DNA of 61,468 nt from Candidatus Kapaibacterium sp. (lineage in GTDB: Bacteria; Bacteroidota; Ignavibacteria; Kapaibacteriales; Kapaibacteriaceae). The number at the start of each line of letters is the position of its first letter. Within the stretch, counting starts at the first letter, position 1. The notes below the pieces were generated by a model, which was given only the letters and a program-made list of their open reading frames with translations, was not told where the DNA came from and did not search any database. This document shows positions 56,279 to 61,468 of this stretch, piece after piece. The translations under genes were made by a program, and so were the position numbers. The stretch spans positions 1 to 61,468 of the forward strand of contig JAPLFN010000123.1 of assembly GCA_026390655.1 (NCBI GenBank). Reading direction: 5' to 3'.

Positions 56279-57342
56279 GCCGGCTTCCCTGGTCTTGCCG
56301 ACCGTTCCAGCTCGCCCGGTTTGGCAAACTGTATCTGCAGTTTCTCAGCAGCAGATATGATCTCCATATTGATATCATGTTTGAAACCAGGTTCGTCCTT
56401 CAACATTGAAGAATCCACAAACATCACCACGGAGATCGTATATCCTAGCGGTGAGATCTCGGAAATTCCAACTATGATTCGCTCCGGCGCCTTCACCGTT
56501 AAGGGGTGAGCATTGATCAAATCCCTGATAGCTTGTACATATCGCCGAATCTTATCAGGCGGCGTTGCATGTTCAATAAGCACTGACGTGCGATATCTGC
56601 GAAACGAGCGCGCACCCAGATTATCGATCGTCATATCAGCAAGCCGGCCATTCGGTACAGTTATCACACTGTCGGCGAAGGTCCGTATTCGCGTGCTCCG
56701 AAAACCGATCTCCTCAACAATGCCTTCGGCCTCTTGAACTATGATCCAATCGCCAACACCAAACGGGTGGTCGGCCAAGATCACCGCCGAACCGAATAGA
56801 TTCTTGATGGTGTCTTGCGAGGCGAGGGCGAATGCAACACCACCGATTGACAGACCGGTAAGAATGGCCGCCACGTTTACCCCGAGGAAGCCTAGCACGG
56901 TTACGAGTGCAATGGTTGCCACCAAGACCTTTAAGGCAGAACCGATCAACGGAGCAAGGGTTGTGGCCGCATCTCTTCCATTGGCGCGCTTCCGTAGAAC
57001 ATGCTCAACGGTGCGGCTGCAGACGAGATCTACGAGACGATAGATTGCGATAAACACAAAGACCATCGCCAATGCATCGATCCAGGTGCCGACGGTTGCC
57101 ACCGATTGCGCGTTCAACCCTACCCACGGTACTACGATTCTATCGCTCTCCGCGACTATGCCCAACGCGAAACTTCTCGCTACGAGGCGCACGAGAGATT
57201 TGTCGGGCTCGATTTTGAATCGACGCAGTATCCAGCGCAGCAGGGTACCAATGATCCGACGCAGTATTGTAACAGCAACCGTGCTCCCAATTATGAGGAG
57301 AGCTAACGTCAACCATTGTGGCGATGTAAGGCCGAAGACCAT
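56275..57342 (-). CDS. mechanosensitive ion channel family protein (MscS-like)
   Basis: 355-aa ORF. After the TM helices: NLFGSAVILADHPFGVGDWIIVQEAEGIVEEIGFRSTRIRTFADSVITVPNG. Confidence 0.88.
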   Translation of the reverse strand: MVFGLTSPQWLTLALLIIGSTVAVTILRRIIGTLLRWILRRFKIEPDKSLVRLVARSFALGIVAESDRIVVPWVGLNAQSVATVGTWIDALAMVFVFIAIYRLVDLVCSRTVEHVLRKRANGRDAATTLAPLIGSALKVLVATIALVTVLGFLGVNVAAILTGLSIGGVAFALASQDTIKNLFGSAVILADHPFGVGDWIIVQEAEGIVEEIGFRSTRIRTFADSVITVPNGRLADMTIDNLGARSFRRYRTSVLIEHATPPDKIRRYVQAIRDLINAHPLTVKAPERIIVGISEISPLGYTISVVMFVDSSMLKDEPGFKHDINMEIISAAEKLQIQFAKPGELERSARPGKPA

Positions 57343-57350
57343 AGAACTTA

Positions 57351-57374
57351 GATGACGGGATGACGGGATTACGC
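57351..57374. repeat. octamer triplet GATGACGG GATGACGG GATTACGC
   Basis: Read directly. It fills most of the 31-nt gap between the thrS stop (57374-57376) and the mscS-like start (57342). Confidence 0.9.
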
Positions 57375-59299
57375 TATGATGCCCCGGGCACGTTCAGCCT
57401 CGTGAACATCTCTTTGATTTCGCTGATCTTCATCATGCCTTTGTCGCCTTCGCCGTGTATGCGAACGGCTGCAGAGTCATTTTCGATCTCCTTGCTACCG
57501 ATAACCAAGGCGAACGGAACCTTCTTCTGCTCACTTTCGGCAACCTTTCGGTTGATCTTTTCATTCCGCACGTCACAGTTCACGCGGAGCCCCATACCCT
57601 CAAACTCTGCTGCCAGATCTTGTGCGAATGACTGATGTGCATCCGCAATAGGAAGGATGCTCACTTGCACAGGGGCTATCCAAAACGGGAAATTGCCGGC
57701 GTAATGTTCGATGAGAATGGAGATGAAACGCTCCATCGAGCCGAAAGGGGCTCTATGGATGATGACGGGACGGTGCTTGGTGTTGTCTCCGCCCACGTAT
57801 TCAAGATCGAATCGTTCCGGCATCACGTAATCAACCTGTACCGTACCGAGTTGCCACTTGCGACCGATAGCGTCGCGAACAATAAAGTCGATTTTTGGAC
57901 CATAGAACGCTGCTTCACCTGGGCCGATGAAGTAGTCAAGATTCATCTCGTCAGCAACGGCCTTGATCTCTGCTTCCGCTCGTTCCCAATGCTCGAGGTC
58001 ACCGCCATACTTCGCTTCGTTGTCGTCGCGGAAGGACAGCCGTGTGCTTACATCCATTCCGAATGTCTCAAAGACCTTCTGTGTTAGTTCAACCACGCTT
58101 TTGATCTCATTCTTCAACTGATCATCGGTGCAGTAGATGTGTGCATCGTCCTGTGTAAACCCTCGCACGCGTGAGAGGCCATTGAGTTCACCGGATTGTT
58201 CGTAGCGGTACACAGTACCGAATTCTGCGAGACGCAATGGAAGATCGCGATATGAACGTGGTTTAGAAGAGTAGATCTGATGATGGTGAGGACAGTTCAT
58301 CGGTTTGAGCAGATACTGTTCGTCTTCCACAGTGATCGGATCGAACTGCGAATCTGCGTAGTACGGGTAGTGTCCGGATGTCTTGTAGAGTTCAAGGTTC
58401 CCGATATGCGGTGTGATCACCTCTTGGTAGCCGCGCTTTACCTGTTCGTCTCGCAAGAAGGCTTCTAGTCTACGACGCAAGATGGTACCATTCGGGAGCC
58501 AGATAGGTAAGCCCCCTCCCACCATCGGAGTGATCATGTATATCTCGAGTTCTTTGCCAAGCTTTCGGTGATCTCTACGTTCAGCCTCTTCCCGCTGCGT
58601 GATGTACTCTTCGAGCTGAGCCTTTTTTGGAAAGGCGATTCCGTAGATACGTGTGAGTTGCTTACGCTTCTCATCACCGCGCCAGTATGCGCCGGCAATC
58701 GAGAGGAGTTTCGGATACTTGATCAGTCCGGTTGACGGAACGTGGGTACCACGGCACAGATCCGTGAAGTTACCTTGACGGTAGAAGGTGATCTCGCTGT
58801 CTTTAAGGCCGTCAAGAAGTTCGAGTTTATACTCGTCACCCTTTTCCGTGAAGTACGCAACCGCGTCTGACCAGTTCATCTCAACGCGTTCGTAGGGCAC
58901 ATCACGTTTAACGAGCTCCATCATCTTTGCTTCGATCTTCGGAAGATCATCAACGCTGAGCTTGGTATCACCCGGCAGGTCGACGTCGTAGTAGAATCCA
59001 GCTTCGATAGGAGGTCCGATGCCGAATTTCACACCAGGATACATACTCTCCAATGCCTCGGCCATCAAGTGCGCCGTGGAGTGCCAGAAGATCTCCTTGC
59101 CTTCGTCATTATCGAACGTTACAATCCGTATCGTGGCGTCCATCGTAATAGGACGTGCGAGGTCATAAGGCTTGTTGTTAACGTAGATCCCAACAGCCAC
59201 GCGAGCCAGACCGTCGGAAATACTTTTGGCGATATCCATGCCGCTCGCACCCACAGGGTACTGTCGCACGTCGCCATTCGGAAGAGTGATATTGATCAT
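57374..59299 (-). CDS. thrS: threonine--tRNA ligase
   Basis: 641-aa ORF with a TGS domain N-terminus (MINITLPNGDVRQYPVG), class II core (FRDDNEAKYGG..., HRAPFGSMERF) and a C-terminal anticodon-binding domain. Confidence 0.95.
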   Translation of the reverse strand: MINITLPNGDVRQYPVGASGMDIAKSISDGLARVAVGIYVNNKPYDLARPITMDATIRIVTFDNDEGKEIFWHSTAHLMAEALESMYPGVKFGIGPPIEAGFYYDVDLPGDTKLSVDDLPKIEAKMMELVKRDVPYERVEMNWSDAVAYFTEKGDEYKLELLDGLKDSEITFYRQGNFTDLCRGTHVPSTGLIKYPKLLSIAGAYWRGDEKRKQLTRIYGIAFPKKAQLEEYITQREEAERRDHRKLGKELEIYMITPMVGGGLPIWLPNGTILRRRLEAFLRDEQVKRGYQEVITPHIGNLELYKTSGHYPYYADSQFDPITVEDEQYLLKPMNCPHHHQIYSSKPRSYRDLPLRLAEFGTVYRYEQSGELNGLSRVRGFTQDDAHIYCTDDQLKNEIKSVVELTQKVFETFGMDVSTRLSFRDDNEAKYGGDLEHWERAEAEIKAVADEMNLDYFIGPGEAAFYGPKIDFIVRDAIGRKWQLGTVQVDYVMPERFDLEYVGGDNTKHRPVIIHRAPFGSMERFISILIEHYAGNFPFWIAPVQVSILPIADAHQSFAQDLAAEFEGMGLRVNCDVRNEKINRKVAESEQKKVPFALVIGSKEIENDSAAVRIHGEGDKGMMKISEIKEMFTRLNVPGAS

Positions 59300-59306
59300 C
59301 GGCGAA

Positions 59307-59434
59307 ATTACGGAGATACGGGGTTAGGTAGGGTCACGCCATGGCGTGACCGTGTTACGGGGTTACGGAGATACGGGGTTACTGGATTACGCGGTTACGT
59401 AGGGTCACGCCATGGCGTGACCGTGTTACGGGGA
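59307..59434. repeat. REP-like block: two identical 35-nt units (GTAG + 20-bp perfect palindrome + GTGTTACGGGG) embedded in TTACG-type octamers
   Basis: GTAGGGTCACGCCATGGCGTGACCGTGTTACGGGG occurs at 59328-59362 and 59399-59433. Flanking octamers are GAGATACG, GGGTTACG, GGATTACG and CGGTTACG. The block lies between the stop of 59435..60934 and the thrS start. Confidence 0.92.
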
Positions 59435-60934
59435 TTATAGGGAATACCGAATGAGATACAGTGCACCCTTCGATGAAAGAGTAGTGTATAAGATGTTCTT
59501 GTTGACGGCGTGGCACATCACATTTTTGCCCACACGCCGAGTTCGGCAGCGTGGCGATCCAATTGGACCTGTGATGTATACTTCGTATTCGTCCGGTTTG
59601 ACTTGATTCATGAACTCGGCGTAATACGCACCGTTCGAAGCATCACGAGTCAGCGTTCCGTGGGTGCTCACGTTAACACTGAAAGCCATGATGTCCTCTA
59701 TTGGCGTAGAATAGAGCAGGTCTCTAAATTTCTGTCTCCATTTTGTGCGCCAGATCGTAGTATCATAATCGATCTTTACTCTCCTGATCGATCCAGTTTT
59801 CCGATCTCGAATGCTGAGTGAATCACCTAGACTATAGCAGACAGCCACCTCATCGTCGCTAATCACCTGTGATCCCCAAAAGTAGTTGCTGAGATTCGCC
59901 TCGCTGTAGCACACTTCTCTATCGAATGTCATGATCTGATCGCCGGACGATAATGACCAGAGCGTTGTACCGGTCAATGGCTGCTTGAAACCAACAGAGT
60001 CGGCAGGAGAAATGACCGAGGCTAAGAGCGTATGGGTCTTATCGGTAGAAAAATTGAACCGGAGGAAAGCTCCTGAATCGAACTGAAGACGAGGTCTAGT
60101 AATTCGTCGTTCCTTTAGGTCCATGTCATACTCGAGAATAACAATGCCACGCCCATTCTCTTCAAGCTCAACCAAGAGAGGGCCTTTTGATCCCATTGGG
60201 GACATCGCTTGCAAGGGCATAAAAGGAGTGTACGACCCCTCCTTCTTGATCGCAGTGCCCGCAAGGTGTTTGCCGTTTGTATGAAAAAGGTCAAGTCTGG
60301 AAAGGGGCAAGGCACAAACTGATACAACAGTGTCAGAAAGCATCACAACAAAACGCTGGAATCCAGCAGCGATGATTGACTCCGACTCCTGGAGTCGCGT
60401 TCGATCGATCTCCTTCAGGTTGCGTTCTAGGTCGAGGACCACTCTTGTGGCGATAGGTATTCGTGAAATCTCTGCACCCCAATCATAAACAGACTTGCCA
60501 ATTGGACCCACAGCCAAAACAACTCCATGCCTATCCGTTATCACCCCAACTGGTGGATGATGCACCCGGTAAAGCTTCTGATACGCACCAAGTGGATCGA
60601 TCTCGCTTCTGAACTGCCATTGGTATGTCTCCTGAAGCCGCTTTGGAAAATCTGGGTCTTCAGTAGCCACGTACAGCTGTGCTCTCACAAGCCCCTTGGC
60701 TGCAAGATTTTGTCGAATCGGATCAAACGATTGCCCCGCCATTTGACAGGAGTTGGTGGTGGCAATAATTATCAGATGGAAGTCCGCGGTGTCATCATCG
60801 TACACCGCTACTGTGTCGCCTACTCGGAGTGACGAGAAGTACTCGGATTGCTGCACACCCGTTATCTGACTTCGCAAATCAGATGTCAAGCAGCACATGA
60901 TTAAGAGAACAAGCAACCACGATATCTTGAACAT
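59435..60934 (-). CDS. secreted hypothetical protein (thioredoxin-fold-like N-terminal region + beta-propeller-like C-terminal region)
   Basis: ORF 59435..60958 trimmed to ATG 60934 (MFKISWLLVLLIMCCLTSDLRSQ). No catalytic CxxC motif. The domain guesses are weak. Confidence 0.65.
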   Translation of the reverse strand: MFKISWLLVLLIMCCLTSDLRSQITGVQQSEYFSSLRVGDTVAVYDDDTADFHLIIIATTNSCQMAGQSFDPIRQNLAAKGLVRAQLYVATEDPDFPKRLQETYQWQFRSEIDPLGAYQKLYRVHHPPVGVITDRHGVVLAVGPIGKSVYDWGAEISRIPIATRVVLDLERNLKEIDRTRLQESESIIAAGFQRFVVMLSDTVVSVCALPLSRLDLFHTNGKHLAGTAIKKEGSYTPFMPLQAMSPMGSKGPLLVELEENGRGIVILEYDMDLKERRITRPRLQFDSGAFLRFNFSTDKTHTLLASVISPADSVGFKQPLTGTTLWSLSSGDQIMTFDREVCYSEANLSNYFWGSQVISDDEVAVCYSLGDSLSIRDRKTGSIRRVKIDYDTTIWRTKWRQKFRDLLYSTPIEDIMAFSVNVSTHGTLTRDASNGAYYAEFMNQVKPDEYEVYITGPIGSPRCRTRRVGKNVMCHAVNKNILYTTLSSKGALYLIRYSL

Positions 60935-60950
60935 TCTGCGCCCCCTGCAT

Positions 60951-61000
60951 TTCGTCATTCCGTCATCTCGTCATTAGGTCACGCCATGGCGTGACCCTAC
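60951..61000. repeat. octamer triplet (TTCGTCAT TCCGTCAT CTCGTCAT) plus an inverted copy of the GGTCACGCCATGGCGTGACC-CTAC REP-like element
   Basis: The palindrome is at 60977-60996, followed by CTAC (GTAG on the other strand). The reverse complement of 60977-61001 is identical to 59398-59422. Confidence 0.92.
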
Positions 61001-61005
61001 GCACC

Positions 61006-61468
61006 TCATCTTTCCGGATACTGTATCCGCGAACCATCGTAGAGTTCGAACTCAAGGAGGCGGCATTCAAGGTCTGCGCTCCAGAAGGGCATTCGACGCT
61101 TGGAACGGAGTCCGATCTCCTTTGCTAGAGCAAAGTTTCCAGTGAACACGTATCCGGTGTAGCCGCGAAACTTCTGCTTGTAGAGATCACCGATCTCACG
61201 GTATGTGGTACGAAGCGTACGTTCATCACCGATACGAATACCAAACTCTGGATTCATAATGATGACGGGGGTGTGCTCGGAAGGCGCCCCTTCCTCAGCT
61301 TGAACAGCTGGCACCTCCGGTGGTGTCACAACTCTGAAGTCGCTCACGGTAAAAGATGCGGAGATACCCGCGCGTTTTGCGTTGTCGCGAGCAGCACGAA
61401 TAGCACGATCGTCATTATCTGAACAATAGATCTCGAGTTTGATCTTCGTGTCAACCGCTGCTATGGCA
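61006..61468 (-). CDS. THUMP/UPF0020-type class I SAM-dependent RNA methyltransferase (RlmL-like), C-terminal part; 5' end outside the window
   Basis: The frame is open from the window edge (…DNDDRAIRAARDNAKRAGISASFTVSDF…) through the listed 113-aa ORF. C-terminal YTGYVFTGN...FWSADLECRLLEFELY is RlmL-like. Motif IV reads NPEFG rather than NPPYG. Confidence 0.6.
   Translation of the reverse strand, partial: AIAAVDTKIKLEIYCSDNDDRAIRAARDNAKRAGISASFTVSDFRVVTPPEVPAVQAEEGAPSEHTPVIIMNPEFGIRIGDERTLRTTYREIGDLYKQKFRGYTGYVFTGNFALAKEIGLRSKRRMPFWSADLECRLLEFELYDGSRIQYPER

Noticed and set aside
59069-59440. 123-aa plus-strand ORF (…GVTGLRRYGVTGLRGYVGSRHGVTVLRGL)
   Set aside because: It is antisense to the thrS 5' end and then runs through the REP/octamer block. 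The repeat-derived peptide is an ORF-calling artefact.
59320-59440. Telomere-like or G-quadruplex function of the GGGGTTA(C) runs
   Set aside because: The resemblance to eukaryotic telomeric repeats is superficial and the context is an internal chromosomal gene junction. G4 potential is mentioned only as a testable side note.

Overview
This 61.5-kb chromosomal segment looks like an FCB-group bacterium (Bacteroidota/Ignavibacteriota/Chlorobiota-like). The evidence is three cargo proteins with T9SS-type C-terminal sorting domains, rpoN, and many DUF families typical of that group. All family names come from motifs I read in the supplied translations; no searches were run.

Gene content is mostly housekeeping:
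- tandem rhodaneses
- a DUF4856-imelysin-HTTM-TonB receptor cluster
- gcvT, rlpA, manC and one tRNA(CAT)
- M1 aminopeptidase
- a crcB-mscS-msrA-copA stress block
- DUF3109-rpoN
- a long minus-strand operon, pfkA-DUF1844-nadK-APC permease-ade-nadC, with 1-4 nt overlaps
- a porin-pstSCAB-phoU phosphate locus, then rfbA, nhaA and thrS

Many start codons in the ORF track needed trimming. ATGA stop/start overlaps are frequent.

Features not explained by ordinary gene content:
1. A family of heptamer/octamer microsatellites (GGGGTTAC, YAGTTAC, GATGACGG, CTAGTGTG) sits at junctions of co-directional genes. With them are GTAG-headed perfect palindromes (GGTCACGCCATGGCGTGACC, three copies) that bracket one unknown gene in inverted orientation. 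This is REP/REPIN-like architecture.
2. A divergent HUH (Y1 transposase/RAYT-like) gene lies elsewhere in the window, and its expected catalytic Tyr position reads Phe.
3. An in-frame 21-bp-periodic, palindrome-containing repeat block is inserted in the HTTM gene.
4. A Cys-rich secreted protein gene has an in-frame TGA followed by 68 more open, Cys-rich codons and then a terminator. A G9 tract lies upstream.
5. A roughly 1350-aa T9SS Ig/beta-helix adhesin gene is split by a frameshift.
6. A tRNA ends 3 nt before the start codon of a DUF2130/RmuC-like putative nuclease.

No CRISPR array, rRNA, prophage or recognisable defence operon was seen.
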